Part shown: one piece after another, positions 40,360-56,962 of the stretch
How the letters are laid out: each line of letters opens with the position of its first letter
Numbering within the stretch: position 1 is the stretch's first letter
NCBI GenBank assembly: GCA_965199955.1
Contig: CBDATQ010000001.1
Location: forward strand, 864,001-928,000
From: Spirochaetia bacterium
GTDB lineage: Bacteria > Spirochaetota > Spirochaetia > SZUA-6 > Bin103
Direction: 5' to 3'
DNA: 64,000 nt
The notes under the pieces: model-generated
Seen by the model: only the letters and a program-made list of their open reading frames with translations
What the model was told of the DNA's origin: nothing
The model's database searches: none
Translations under genes and position numbers: made by a program

Positions 40360-40756
40360 CATGGAGCGCGCCGGCGAGCGCGCCTATCCGTACGAGTGCG
40401 TCGGGGCGCTGTTTGGCACGCGTCCGCCGTCCGGACCGGTCATCACCGAGGTCAGGCCGCTCGACAACGACTCCGAGGAGGACCGGCGCCGCCGCTTCCA
40501 CGTCTCCGACCGCGACTACCTGGCCTGCGAGCGCCACGCCACCGGGGCCGGCCTGGAGCTGCTCGGCTTCTACCACTCGCACCCCGACCATCCGGCCGAG
40601 CCGTCCGGCACCGACCTGAGCTATGCGATGCCGCTGTTCTTGTATATCATTATCTCTATACAGAGGGCGGAATACCGCGGCCAGACAGGCTGCTTCGTGC
40701 TGAACGACGACGGCAGTTCCTTTCGCCGCGAGCCGATACGCGTCCTCGGGGATTGA
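40328..40756 (+). CDS. mec: JAB/Mov34 metallopeptidase (Mec-like)
   Basis: YPYECVG and GFYHSHPDHPAEPSGTD JAMM motif. Confidence 0.88.
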   Translation: MTTISKTLSRDMERAGERAYPYECVGALFGTRPPSGPVITEVRPLDNDSEEDRRRRFHVSDRDYLACERHATGAGLELLGFYHSHPDHPAEPSGTDLSYAMPLFLYIIISIQRAEYRGQTGCFVLNDDGSSFRREPIRVLGD

Positions 40757-40759
40757 TCC

Positions 40760-42178
40760 ATGCCGATTAACGTCAACATTCCGACGCCGCTGCGGCAGTT
40801 TCTGGACGGTCAGTCGACCGTCACCATCGACGCCGCCACCGACGTGGCCGACCTGCTCGGCCAGCTCACCGCGCTCAGCGCCGACCTCAAGAAACACCTG
40901 CTGAACGCGGACGGCACCGTGCCCGGCTACGTCAACGTCTACGTCAACGACGACAGCATCCGCGACCGCGACGGGGAAGCGACGCCGGTCGCCGACGGGG
41001 ACGAGATATCGATCGTGCCTTCGATCGCGGGCGGCGCGGCCGCGCTGAACACGGACGAGCTGGCGCGCTACAGCCGCCACATCGTCATGCCGGAAGTGGG
41101 ACAGGAAGGGCAGCAACGCCTCAAGGACGGCTCCGCCCTGCTCATCGGCGCGGGCGGTCTGGGATCGCCGCTGGCGCTCTACCTGGCCGCCGCCGGCGTC
41201 GGCCGCATCGGCATCGTCGAGTTCGACGTGGTCGACCGCACCAACCTGCAGCGGCAGATCCTGTACGGCGAATCGACCGTCGGCGTACCCAAGCTCGACG
41301 CCGCCGCCGAGCGCCTCGCCGACCTCAACCCGCACGTGCAGATCGATCGCATCCCCCAGCAGCTCTCCTCGCAGAACGCGCTGTCGATCTTCCGCGACTA
41401 CGACGTGGTCGCCGACGGCACGGACAACTTTCCGACCCGCTACCTGGTCAACGACGCCTGTGTGCTCACCGGCAAGCCCAACGTGTACGGATCCATCTTC
41501 CGCTTCGAGGGCCAGGTCTCCGTGTTCAACCACGACGGCGGGCCCTGCTACCGCTGCCTGTACCCGGAGCCGCCGCCGCCGGGGCTGGTCCCGTCCTGCG
41601 CCGAAGGCGGCGTGTTCGGCGTGCTGCCCGGCATCGTCGGCGCCATGCAGGCCAACGAGGTGATCAAGCTGCTGCTCGGCGTCGGCGACGTCGCCAGTAG
41701 CCGCTACCTGCTGTTCGACGCGCTCAAGCTGTCGTTCCGGGAGCTGCGCCTGCGCCGCAACCCCGACTGCCCGGTCTGCGGCGACTCGCCGACGGTGACC
41801 GAGCTGATCGACTACGAGCAATTCTGCGGCATCCCCTCAGGCGGCGCCGAGGAAGGGGGCGTGCCGGAGATCGACGTGCACGAGTTGGCCCGGCGCCTGG
41901 ACAACGGATCGGAGACGGTCCTGATCGACGTCAGGGAGCCGTTCGAGCACGAGATCAACAGCATCGAGCAGGCGGAGCTCATCCCGCTCGGCGAGCTGCC
42001 CGACCGGCTCTCCGAGCTGTCGCAAAGCGACTCGTACGTCATCCACTGCAAGATGGGCGGCCGCAGCGCCAAGGCGGTGGAGCTGATGCGCTCGGAAGGG
42101 TTCTCCGACGTGGTCAACCTGGCCGGCGGCATCGACGCCTGGGTAGAGGAGATCGACCCCGACCAACCGAGTTACTGA
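40760..42178 (+). CDS. MoaD/ThiS-like sulfur carrier fused to MoeB/MoeZ (E1-like + rhodanese)
   Basis: Residues 1-92 look beta-grasp and end in IVPSIAGG; then RYSRH, GAGGLG, CYRC, PSCAEGG, CPVC and rhodanese HCKMGGRS. Confidence 0.9.
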   Translation: MPINVNIPTPLRQFLDGQSTVTIDAATDVADLLGQLTALSADLKKHLLNADGTVPGYVNVYVNDDSIRDRDGEATPVADGDEISIVPSIAGGAAALNTDELARYSRHIVMPEVGQEGQQRLKDGSALLIGAGGLGSPLALYLAAAGVGRIGIVEFDVVDRTNLQRQILYGESTVGVPKLDAAAERLADLNPHVQIDRIPQQLSSQNALSIFRDYDVVADGTDNFPTRYLVNDACVLTGKPNVYGSIFRFEGQVSVFNHDGGPCYRCLYPEPPPPGLVPSCAEGGVFGVLPGIVGAMQANEVIKLLLGVGDVASSRYLLFDALKLSFRELRLRRNPDCPVCGDSPTVTELIDYEQFCGIPSGGAEEGGVPEIDVHELARRLDNGSETVLIDVREPFEHEINSIEQAELIPLGELPDRLSELSQSDSYVIHCKMGGRSAKAVELMRSEGFSDVVNLAGGIDAWVEEIDPDQPSY

Positions 42179-42181
42179 GCC

Positions 42182-42212
42182 CCGGATCGGTCGCCGCGGG
42201 CGACCGATCCGG
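42182..42212. terminator. Perfect 14-bp hairpin (possible terminator or mRNA stabiliser)
   Basis: CCGGATCGGTCGCC-GCG-GGCGACCGATCCGG, 3 nt after the moeZ stop; no U-tract. Confidence 0.5.
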
Positions 42213-42233
42213 CCCAGCCCCGCCTTTCGCTCC

Positions 42234-42277
42234 GAGTCTGTCGGACTTGCCGCTGAAGCGGCAAGTCCGACAGACTC
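42234..42277. repeat. Perfect 21-bp inverted repeat
   Basis: GAGTCTGTCGGACTTGCCGCT-GA-AGCGGCAAGTCCGACAGACTC. Confidence 0.85.
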
Positions 42278-42316
42278 CTCGCGCGGAGACGGGCCATGCA
42301 GCAAAGGAGCACATAG

Positions 42317-43726
42317 ATGGGAAAGAGTCTTCTGGACAAGGTGTGGGATCTGCACCGCGTGGCAGAGTTGCCGTCGGGTGAGACCCAGCTCTTCGTGGGG
42401 CTGCACCTCGTGCACGAGGTCACCTCGCCGCAGGCGTTCGCCATGCTGCGCGAGCGCGGCCTCGCCGTCCGGCACCCTGAGCTCACCGTCGCCACGGTCG
42501 ACCACATCGTGCCGACCGACGACGTGCAGCGCCCGTTCGCGGATCCGATGGCAGAGCAGATGCTCGAGCACCTGGAGCGCAACGTCGCCGAGCACGGAAT
42601 CCGCTACTACGGGCTCGGCCACGCCGAGCAGGGCATCGTGCACGTGATCGGCCCGCAGCTCGGCCTCACCCAGCCCGGCATGACGATCGCCTGCGGCGAC
42701 TCGCACACCTCCACGCACGGCGCCTTCGGGGCGATCGCCTTCGGCATCGGCACCTCGCAGGTGCGCGACGTGCTGGCCACGCAGACGCTGGCCATGCGCA
42801 AGCCGAAGCTGCGCCGCATCACGGTGGAGGGCGACCTCGGCCCCGGCGTCTACGCCAAGGACGTGATCCTGTCGATCATCGCCACGCTGGGGGTGAAGGG
42901 CGGCATCGGCTACGCCTACGAGTACGCGGGCTCCACCATCGACGCCCTGGACATGGAAGGGCGCATGTCGATCTGCAACATGAGCATCGAGGGCGGCGCC
43001 CGCGTCGGCTACGTCAACCCCGATCAGACCACCTTCGACTTCCTGCGCGGGCGTCCGGAGGCTCCGGCGGGCGGCGGTTGGGAACGTGCGGTCGAGTTCT
43101 GGCGCGGCATGGCCTCGGACCCGGATACCGGCTACGACGACGAGGTGGTGCTCAAGGCCGCCGACATCGAGCCGGTCGTCACCTGGGGCACCAACCCCGG
43201 CCAGTCCGCGGCGGTCACCGACATGATTCCCGACCCGGAGCGCGCGTCGGACGAGCAGCGCGACGGGATGGCCGCGGCGCTCGGCCACATGAAGCTCAGC
43301 CCGGGCGCGCCGCTGGCCGGCACGCCGATCGACGTCGCCTTCATCGGCTCCTGCACGAACAGCCGGCTGACCGACCTGCGCGAAGCGGCGCGGGTGGTGG
43401 AGGGCCGGCGCGTCTCGTCCCGGGTCAAGGCGCTGGTGGTGCCGGGATCGCGCCGCATCGCCGATCAGGCCGTCTCCGAGGGGCTGCGCGAGGTGTTCGA
43501 GGCGGCCGGGTTCGAGTGGCGCGGCGCCGGCTGCTCGATGTGCCTGGCGATGAACCCGGACAAGCTGTCGGGGTCGCAGATCTCGGCCTCCTCGTCGAAC
43601 CGCAACTTCGTCGGCCGGCAGGGGTCGCCGGACGGGCGCACGCTGCTGATGAGCCCGGCCATGGTGGCGGCGGCCGCGGTCGCAGGCCGGGTCACCGACG
43701 TGCGCGAGCTGCTGGGGGCCAACTGA
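42317..43726 (+). CDS. leuC: 3-isopropylmalate dehydratase large subunit
   Basis: [35 protein letters not shown]. Confidence 0.97.
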   Translation: MGKSLLDKVWDLHRVAELPSGETQLFVGLHLVHEVTSPQAFAMLRERGLAVRHPELTVATVDHIVPTDDVQRPFADPMAEQMLEHLERNVAEHGIRYYGLGHAEQGIVHVIGPQLGLTQPGMTIACGDSHTSTHGAFGAIAFGIGTSQVRDVLATQTLAMRKPKLRRITVEGDLGPGVYAKDVILSIIATLGVKGGIGYAYEYAGSTIDALDMEGRMSICNMSIEGGARVGYVNPDQTTFDFLRGRPEAPAGGGWERAVEFWRGMASDPDTGYDDEVVLKAADIEPVVTWGTNPGQSAAVTDMIPDPERASDEQRDGMAAALGHMKLSPGAPLAGTPIDVAFIGSCTNSRLTDLREAARVVEGRRVSSRVKALVVPGSRRIADQAVSEGLREVFEAAGFEWRGAGCSMCLAMNPDKLSGSQISASSSNRNFVGRQGSPDGRTLLMSPAMVAAAAVAGRVTDVRELLGAN

Positions 43727-44337
43727 TGAGCGCCGACGCCCGCATCACCGCCGTCTCCGGCACCGGCGTGCCGGTGCGTGGCGACGACATCGACACCGAC
43801 CGCATCATCCCCGCGCGTTACCTGAAGGCGGTCACCTTCGACGGCCTGGGCGAGCACGCATTCCAGGACGAGCGGGTCGCCGCCGACGGCTCGCGCAAGG
43901 GGCACCCGTTCGACGACCCGCGCTACGCCGGCGCGCAGGTTCTGTTCGTGAACGGCAACTTCGGCTGCGGATCGTCGCGGGAGCACGCGCCGCAGGCGCT
44001 CTACCGCTCCGGCCTCCGCGCCATCGTCGGCGGCTCCTTTGCGGAGATCTTCGCCGGCAACTGCCTGGTGATGGGCCTGCCGCTGCTGACCTCGGACCGG
44101 GTCTCCGAGTGGCAGGACCGCATCGAGGCGGCGCCCGACACGCCGGTGCGGGTCGACCTGGAGCGGTCGACGATCACGATCGGCCGTGACACGTACCCGG
44201 TCGAGATGCCGGAGGCGGCGCGCCGGTCGCTGGTCGCAGGCACCTGGGACTCGACGGCGGCACTGCTCGCCGGCGACCAGGCGATCGGCGCCACCGCGGC
44301 GCGGATCCCCTACCTGCAATGGAGAACGAGCGCATGA
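43726..44337 (+). CDS. leuD: 3-isopropylmalate dehydratase small subunit
   Basis: IDTDRIIPARYL, NFGCGSSREHAP, SFAEIF. Confidence 0.96.
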   Translation: MSADARITAVSGTGVPVRGDDIDTDRIIPARYLKAVTFDGLGEHAFQDERVAADGSRKGHPFDDPRYAGAQVLFVNGNFGCGSSREHAPQALYRSGLRAIVGGSFAEIFAGNCLVMGLPLLTSDRVSEWQDRIEAAPDTPVRVDLERSTITIGRDTYPVEMPEAARRSLVAGTWDSTAALLAGDQAIGATAARIPYLQWRTSA

Positions 44338-46013
44338 GCGACCTGAACATCCGCAGCCGCGCGATGACCGCCGGCGTGGAGCGCACGCCCAACCGGGCCA
44401 TGCTGCGCGCCGTCGGCTTCACCGACGAGGACTTCGACAAGCCGATCGTCGGCATCGCCTCAGCCGGCAGCGACGTGACCCCGTGCAACGTGCACCTGGA
44501 CGACCTGGCCGACCGGGCGCGGGCGGGCGTGCGCGACTCCGGCGGCGTGCCGGTGCGCTACAACACCTTCGTGGTCACCGACGGCGAGGCCATGGGCCAC
44601 GAGGGCATGAAGTGCTCGCTGGTCAGCCGCGAGGCGATCGCCGACACGATCGAGCTGGTCACCCGCGGCCATCAGCTCGACGCCATCCTGGGCGTGGCCG
44701 GCTGCGACAAGACCATCCCCGGCACCGTGATGCCCATGGCCCGCCTGGACGTGCCGAGCATCTTCGTCTACGGCGGCACCATCCTGCCCGGCAACTTCCG
44801 CGGGCGTGACGTGGACATCGTGTCCGCGTTCGAGTCGGTGGGCGCCTTCAGCGCCGGCCGCATCGACGAGGAGGAGCGGCACGGCATCGAGTGCACGGCC
44901 TGCCCCGGCCCCGGCGCCTGCGGCGGCATGTACACGGCCAACACGATGGCGTCCGCCATGGAGGCGATCGGCATGACGCTGCCGGGCAACGCCTCCATCC
45001 CCGCGGTCGACGAGCGCAAGGCGGCGGAGATGGACCGCGCCGGCCGGGCGCTGATGGACGCGGTGCGCGCCGGCCGCACGCCGCGGCAGATCATGACCCA
45101 CGACGCGTTCGAGAACGCGATCCGCGTGGTGATGGCGCTCGGCGGCTCCACCAACGCCGTGCTGCACCTGCTCGCGCTCGCGCACGAGGCGGAGGTGCCG
45201 CTGTCGATCGACGAGTTCAACGCCTTCTGCGACACCACGCCGACCATCGCCGACCTCAAGCCGGCCGGCCGCTACGTGATGCGCGACCTGGACCGGGTGG
45301 GCGGCGTGCAGGCGGCGATGAAGCTGCTGCTCGACGCCGGCCTGCTGCACGGCGACTGCCTGACCGTGAACGGCCGCACGGTGGCCGAGAACCTGGCCGA
45401 CGTGCGCGTGGAGCTGGAGGGGCAGGACGTGCTGTATCCGCTGTCGGCGCCGGTCAAGCCGACCGGGCCAATCAGCGTGATCAAGGGCAACCTGGCCCCG
45501 GAGGGGGCGGTGCTGAAGAGCTCGGGCGTGACGGTGCGCCGCCACACCGGGCCGGCACGGGTGTTCGACGAGGAGGAGAGCGCCCTGCGCGCGATCCTGG
45601 ACGGCAAGATCGTCGCCGGCGACGTGGTGGTGATCCGCTACGAGGGTCCCCGCGGCGGACCCGGCATGCGCGAGATGCTGGCGCCGACCTCGGCGATCGC
45701 CGGCGCCGGGCTGATCGCGGACGTGGCGCTGATCACCGACGGCCGCTTCTCCGGCGGCAGCCACGGCATCGTCGTCGGCCACGTCGCCCCCGAGGCGCAG
45801 GCCGGCGGACCGATCGCCGCGGTGCAGGAGGGCGATGAGATCACCCTCGACCTGGACGCCAACACGATCGACGTGGCCCTGACGGATCAGGAGATCGAGG
45901 CGCGGCTGCGTGAGATCAAGCCGGCCGAGCGGCCCATCCCCTACCAGCGCGGCGTGCTCGCCAAGTACGCGCGGCTGGTCTCCTCAGCCAGCCTGGGGGC
46001 CATCACGCACTGA
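44334..46013 (+). CDS. ilvD: Dihydroxy-acid dehydratase
   Basis: [44 protein letters not shown]. Confidence 0.96.
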   Translation: MSDLNIRSRAMTAGVERTPNRAMLRAVGFTDEDFDKPIVGIASAGSDVTPCNVHLDDLADRARAGVRDSGGVPVRYNTFVVTDGEAMGHEGMKCSLVSREAIADTIELVTRGHQLDAILGVAGCDKTIPGTVMPMARLDVPSIFVYGGTILPGNFRGRDVDIVSAFESVGAFSAGRIDEEERHGIECTACPGPGACGGMYTANTMASAMEAIGMTLPGNASIPAVDERKAAEMDRAGRALMDAVRAGRTPRQIMTHDAFENAIRVVMALGGSTNAVLHLLALAHEAEVPLSIDEFNAFCDTTPTIADLKPAGRYVMRDLDRVGGVQAAMKLLLDAGLLHGDCLTVNGRTVAENLADVRVELEGQDVLYPLSAPVKPTGPISVIKGNLAPEGAVLKSSGVTVRRHTGPARVFDEEESALRAILDGKIVAGDVVVIRYEGPRGGPGMREMLAPTSAIAGAGLIADVALITDGRFSGGSHGIVVGHVAPEAQAGGPIAAVQEGDEITLDLDANTIDVALTDQEIEARLREIKPAERPIPYQRGVLAKYARLVSSASLGAITH

Positions 46014-46029
46014 GCCTCTGTTCACGCGC

Positions 46030-46340
46030 GAGCCGGGTGGCACCACTGTCCAGTCACCGGCTCTCGCCGCTCTTGCCAGCCGATCGTCGTAGCACACGAA
46101 TCGCCTCCCAGACTCGCCAAATAGAGACGCCGTTGCGAGATGGACCGCATCCTTAGTGCTACTTGTAGAACCATGCGTGGCAGCGAGCAATGCCGCGAGG
46201 CTGCCGGCGTTGCTCGCCTTGCCCAAGCCTCCCCGCCTGTAAGGCTCCAATCGCGCAACAGCCGTTCGAGCGTCTCCGGGTCCCGACGGACCACGCCGTC
46301 GAAGTCGGTCAACACGACCTTGATGGCGCTCGTGTCGTTT
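46030..46340 (-). pseudogene. Frameshifted PIN/VapC remnant
   Basis: 'DTSAIKVV' in one frame and 'STKDAVHLATA..FVCYDDRLARAARAGDWTVVPPG' (typical PIN C-terminus) in another. Confidence 0.6.
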
Positions 46341-46376
46341 GTCGATCCGTCCGGCCGGGGCGATACTCCGCGCACC

Positions 46377-47186
46377 ATGGCATTGAATGTACACGTAACC
46401 GGAGTCAGCGGTCTGATCGGCGACGTGGTGTACGCGCACCTGGCGGCGCAGCCGGATCGCTACACCGTGACGGGGAGCGGCCGTCGGTATGAGTCGTCGT
46501 CGCGAGTGGCGCAGGGTCGCCCGCTGAGCTGTCCGCCGGAGCGCTTCAGGCTGGCGGACCTCGCCGACCTGGAGGCGATGGAGCGCGCCTTCGAAGGGGC
46601 GGAGGTGGTCGTCCACATGGGTGCCATCCCCGATCCGTCGGCGCCGATCGACGTCATCGTGCCCAGCAACGTGGTCGGCGGTTACAACGCGCTGGAGGCG
46701 TGCAAGCGCCAGGGCGTGCGCCGCATCGTCTACGCCAGCACGGTCATGACCAACTGGGGCTACGGGTTCGACGAGCCGTACAAGGCGATCAGCGAGGGGC
46801 GCTTCGAGGACGTGCCCGACGGCTTCCGGCGCGTCACGCACCTGGACCCGGTGCGGCCGACCGAGCCCTACTCGGCCAGCAAGGTGTGGGGCGAAGGCAT
46901 GTGCCGGGCGTACGCCGACGGCCACGGCCTGTCCTGCCTGTGCCTGCGCATCGGCGGAGTGAACGATCGTGACGTGCCGGAGGGGGCGGACGGCGGTGCG
47001 TTGTGGTGCAGCCAGCGCGACGTGGCCATCGTCGCCGAGTTGGCCGTGAACGCGCCGGAGGAACTGCGCTTCGACATCTTCTATGCGTTGTCGGCCAGCC
47101 GTTACCGGTGGCTGGACGCCGAGCACACGCGCGAGGTGCTGGGCTTCGAGCCGGCCGACCGCGCCGAGGACCATCTCGCCGGTTAG
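46377..47186 (+). CDS. NAD-dependent epimerase/dehydratase (uronate dehydrogenase-like SDR)
   Basis: VTGVSGLIG, VVHMGA, YAST, YSASK, LRIG, WCSQRD. Confidence 0.88.
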   Translation: MALNVHVTGVSGLIGDVVYAHLAAQPDRYTVTGSGRRYESSSRVAQGRPLSCPPERFRLADLADLEAMERAFEGAEVVVHMGAIPDPSAPIDVIVPSNVVGGYNALEACKRQGVRRIVYASTVMTNWGYGFDEPYKAISEGRFEDVPDGFRRVTHLDPVRPTEPYSASKVWGEGMCRAYADGHGLSCLCLRIGGVNDRDVPEGADGGALWCSQRDVAIVAELAVNAPEELRFDIFYALSASRYRWLDAEHTREVLGFEPADRAEDHLAG

Positions 47187-47285
47187 GCCGAAGGACGGGG
47201 TGTGCTTGTCCCATCAGGCGGTGGGGCGGTATGTTGCACTCCCGGTGGAGACTGGGGGAGGGGAAACCATCCCAGGAGGGAGATC

Positions 47286-47630
47286 ATGCTCAGAAAAGTG
47301 GAAAACAAGGTAGAGAAAGTGGTTTCCGGTGCCAGCGCCGCCGTCACCGGCGCGAAAGACGCCGTTACTGGCGCCCTCGACTCGCGCGCCCACACGGTGA
47401 CCGTCCGACTCGACAACGACAGCCTCAAGTGCGTTGACGAGATGGTCCGCGCGGAGGTCGTCCCCGATCGCAGCGCGGCCGTGGCGTTCCTGGTCAAGCA
47501 AGGGATCACGGTCTCGGCCGACCTGCTCGACAAGATCCAGGAAGGCTTCGACCGAATCGAGAGCATCAAGCGGGAGCTGCGCGGACTCGGCAACGGTGTC
47601 GCGGTCGACGTGGAGGCGACGCCCGAGTAG
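47286..47630 (+). CDS. Small protein with RHH-like core and coiled-coil tail
   Basis: GGAGG/GGAG SD; 'TVTVRLDNDSLKCVDEMV...RSAAVAFLV'. Confidence 0.65.
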   Translation: MLRKVENKVEKVVSGASAAVTGAKDAVTGALDSRAHTVTVRLDNDSLKCVDEMVRAEVVPDRSAAVAFLVKQGITVSADLLDKIQEGFDRIESIKRELRGLGNGVAVDVEATPE

Positions 47631-47633
47631 ACG

Positions 47634-47851
47634 TTGGCCGCTCAGACGACTGATCGTCCATCCTTCGCGCTGAGCGCGTTTGGTGACGAGATGGACGACG
47701 ACGTCGACACGCAACTCGATGTCTTGGCCGAGCTTGACCTCCGCTACCTGGAGATGCGGACCTCACCGCGCACTTCCGCGCTGTCGGGCGCGGCTGGCAG
47801 ACCCGGCTGAACGAGACGCTGCGCCGTGCGGTGTTCGGCACCCGGAGCTGA
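47634..47851 (+). pseudogene. Chimeric remnant: sugar-phosphate isomerase/epimerase N-terminus joined to BrnA antitoxin C-terminus
   Basis: 47634-47758 reads ..FALSAFGDEMDDDVDTQLDVLAELDLRYLEMR; 47753-47851 in another frame reads DADLTAHFRAVGRGWQTRLNETLRRAV. Confidence 0.65.
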
Positions 47852-47876
47852 CGCTCCGACCTGCGACATTGGCCTG

Positions 47877-47905
47877 TTGACGCCGGCCGGCCAGCCGGGT
47901 AGTCT
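47877..47905 (+). promoter_or_regulatory. sigma70-like promoter of the pyr operon
   Basis: TTGACG-N17-TAGTCT just before the PyrR site. Confidence 0.65.
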
Positions 47906-47914
47906 CTGCGCACG

Positions 47915-49502
<1,588 letters not shown>

Positions 49503-49506
<4 letters not shown>

Positions 49507-50791
49507 CGCTGCTGCTGCGCGGTGGGCGCGTGATCGACCCGCAGAACGGCGTCGACCGCGTCTGCGACCTGTTCATCCGCGACGGGATGATCGCCGCCGT
49601 CGGCGCCGATTCCGGAACGGTGGCCGACCGCACCATCGACTGCACCGGACAGGTGGTGACGCCTGGCCTGATCGACCTGCACGTGCACCTGCGGGAACCG
49701 GGGTTCGAGTACAAGGAGGACCTGCAGAGCGGGCTCACCGCCGCGGTCGCGGCCGGATTCACCGGCGTCTGCCCGATGCCCAACACGCGGCCGGTCTCCG
49801 ACAGCCGTCCCGGCATGGAATTCCTGATCCGCGAGTCGCGCCGCATCGGGCTCGCCCGGCTGTGGCCGGTGGGCGCGGTCACCCTGGGCCAGGAGGGGAA
49901 GCAGCTCACCGAGTTCGGCCAGCTCCGCAAGGGCGGCGCGGTGGCGCTTTCGGACGACGGCCAGCCGATCGCCGACTCCATGGTGATGCGCCGCAGCCTG
50001 GAATACGCGCTGAAGTTCGAGCTGCCCATCCTGGTCCATGCCGAGGATCCGGGCCTGTCCGCCGACGGCGCCATGAACGAGGGGCTGGCCGCCACCCGCA
50101 TGGGCCTCTCCGGCACGCCATGCGCGGCGGAGAGCGCGATGGTGGCCCGCGACATCCAGATCGCCGCGTTGACCGGCGGGCGCGTGCACTTCCTGCACGT
50201 CTCCTGCGCCCGCTCCGTGGAGTTGATCCGCATGGCCAAGGCCGAGGGCATCTCCGTCACCGCCGAGACCTGCCCGCACTACTGGGAGCTCACCGACGAG
50301 GCGGTGGACGGCTACAACGCCGACGCCAAGATGTACCCGCCGCTGCGCGCGGAGTCCGACCGCGTGGCGGTCCGCGCGGCGCTGGCCGACGGCGTCATCG
50401 ACACGATAGGCAGCGACCACGCCCCGCACGCCCCGTACGAGAAGGCGCTGGAGTTCGTGAGCGCGCCCAACGGCATCATCGGCCTGGAGACCGTGGTGCC
50501 GCTGGCGCTGAACCTGGTGCGTGACGGCGTGATCGACTGGCAGCGGTTCGTGCGCTACCTGTCGGTCAATCCGGCGGCGCTGGTTGGCGTGGACGGCGGT
50601 CACCTGTCGCCCGGCGTCACCGCCGACGTCACCGTGATCGACCCCGAGGAGTCCTGGGTGGTCGAGCGGGAGACGATCCGCTCCAAGTCGATCAACACGC
50701 CGTTCCTGGGCGCCACCATGACCGGGCGGGCGACCGCCTGTATCGTCGGCGGCCGCGTGCTGATGGAGCGGGGCAGCATGGAGGCGGCAGC

Positions 50792-50795
<4 letters not shown>
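49503..50795 (+). CDS. pyrC: Dihydroorotase
   Basis: DLHVHLREPG, MPNT, HAED, SDHAPH, GLET. Confidence 0.95.
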
Positions 50796-55151
<4,356 letters not shown>

Positions 55152-55155
<4 letters not shown>

Positions 55156-55985
55156 CGCTACCTCCCGCGGGGCGCAGCGTCGCGCCAACGGTAATCCGGC
55201 AGCTCTGCGACGTGGTCGCCAACCGGGTCGTGACGCCGGAGCACCACGTTCTGACCCTGGCATGCGGCCTTGGCGCCGGCTTCGAGCCCGGTCAGTTCGT
55301 GCAGCTCGGCCTGGAGCCGGCGTACCTGCCGCGGCCGTTCAGCATCCTCCGTGCCGACGGCCGCCACCTGGCGGTCCTGTCCAAGGCGGTGGGCCTGGGT
55401 ACTCGCGCGCTGTTCGCCTGCTCGCCGGGGCAGCGGGTGTGGGTGCTGGGGCCGCTGGGACGTGGCTTCCGCTCGGGCGCAGCCGGCGCCGCCGAAGCGG
55501 CGGCGGGGATCCTGGTGGGCGGCGGTGTGGGTCTGCCACCGATCTACGCGCTGGCCGAGCGGCTGTCACGGACGGGGACGCCGCCGCGCGTGATCGTCGG
55601 CGCTCGCACCGCCGAGCAGGTGCTGCTGCGGGAGGAGCTGGCCGCGCTCGGAGCCGAGGTGCACGTGATGACCGACGACGGCAGCGCCGGCGGCCGCGGC
55701 ACGGCCGCGGACCGCTTGCGTGAGCTGCTGGGAACGGACGCCACCGGGTTCCGGGTCTACGCCTGCGGCCCCGAGCCGATGCTGGCCGCGGTGGCCGACC
55801 TCTGCCGGCGGAACGGCACGCCATGCCAGGTCGCCGTGGAGGAGCACATGGCGTGCGGGTTCGGCGCCTGCCAGGGATGCGCGGTGCGCACCGCCGCCGG
55901 CGGCTACGACCTGGTCTGCCGTGACGGGCCGGCTTTCGACGCGGAGCGGCTGACGTGGCCCGGCCGGGCCGAGGCGTCCGCGTGA
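55152..55985 (+). CDS. pyrK: Dihydroorotate dehydrogenase electron-transfer subunit
   Basis: GTG 55152; [32 protein letters not shown]...C 2Fe-2S motif. Confidence 0.92.
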
Positions 55986-56953
55986 TCGACCTCTCCACCA
56001 CGATCGCGCGCGGCCTGCCGGCGTCGAACCCGGTGCTGCTGGCCTCCGGCACCTGCGGCTACGGCCGGGAGCTTGCGGCGTTCCTTCCGCTGCGCGACCT
56101 GGGCGGGATCGTCACCAAGACCGTCACCCTGCGCCCGCGGGCCGGCAACCCGTCGCCGCGCATCACCGAGACGCCGTCCGGGATGCTCAACGCGATCGGC
56201 CTGCAGAACGTCGGGGTCGACGCCTTCTGCCGCGACAAGCTGCCGTACCTGGCCGAGCTGGGGATCCCGCTGCTGGTGAGCGTGATGGGGCACACGGTGG
56301 AGGAGCTCTGCGCGGTGGTGGAGCGGGTCTGCCGCGAAGACGGACTGGGCCGCCGGATCGGCTTCGAGCTCAACCTGTCGTGTCCGAACGTCGCCTACGC
56401 CGACGCGCGCATGTTCGCGCACGACCCGAAGCTGATCGCCGCGGCCGTGGCGGCGGTCCGACAGGTCACCGATCGTCCGGTGACCGCCAAGCTCAGCCCG
56501 GAAGTGCCGGAGGTGGCCGCCTACGCGCTGGCGGCCGAGCGGGCCGGGGCCGACGCGGTGACGGTGATGAATACCATCACCGGCATGGTGATCGACGTGC
56601 GCACGCGCCGGCCGGTGCTGGCCAACGGCACCGGCGGCCTGTCGGGGCCGGCCATCCTGCCGATCGCGGTCCGCCAGGTGTTCCAGGCCGCGCGCGCGGT
56701 CTCCATCCCCGTGATCGGTGTGGGCGGCATCCGCTCGGCCGAAGACGCCCTGCAGATGATCATCGCCGGCGCCGCCGCCGTGCAGGTCGGCACCGCGTCG
56801 TTCGTCGATCCCGGCACCGCCGGCGCGGTTCGCGATGGCATCGAGGAATACGTCCGCGGTGAGGGCGGGTGCCTGCGCGATCTGATCGGCTCGATTCGCG
56901 AGAGCGGCGGCAAGACGCCGCGCGGGGAGGAGGCGAATGCCGCCGCGGGATGA
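55982..56953 (+). CDS. pyrD: Dihydroorotate dehydrogenase 1B catalytic subunit
   Basis: ASGTCG, MLNAIGLQN, ELNLSCPN, GGLSGPAI, IGVGGI. Confidence 0.95.
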   Translation: MIDLSTTIARGLPASNPVLLASGTCGYGRELAAFLPLRDLGGIVTKTVTLRPRAGNPSPRITETPSGMLNAIGLQNVGVDAFCRDKLPYLAELGIPLLVSVMGHTVEELCAVVERVCREDGLGRRIGFELNLSCPNVAYADARMFAHDPKLIAAAVAAVRQVTDRPVTAKLSPEVPEVAAYALAAERAGADAVTVMNTITGMVIDVRTRRPVLANGTGGLSGPAILPIAVRQVFQAARAVSIPVIGVGGIRSAEDALQMIIAGAAAVQVGTASFVDPGTAGAVRDGIEEYVRGEGGCLRDLIGSIRESGGKTPRGEEANAAAG

Positions 56954-56962
56954 AACGAGCCG

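Noticed and set aside
42296..42316. Mini-ORF MQQRST before leuC as an attenuator peptide
   Set aside because: No Leu codons; it simply overlaps the SD.
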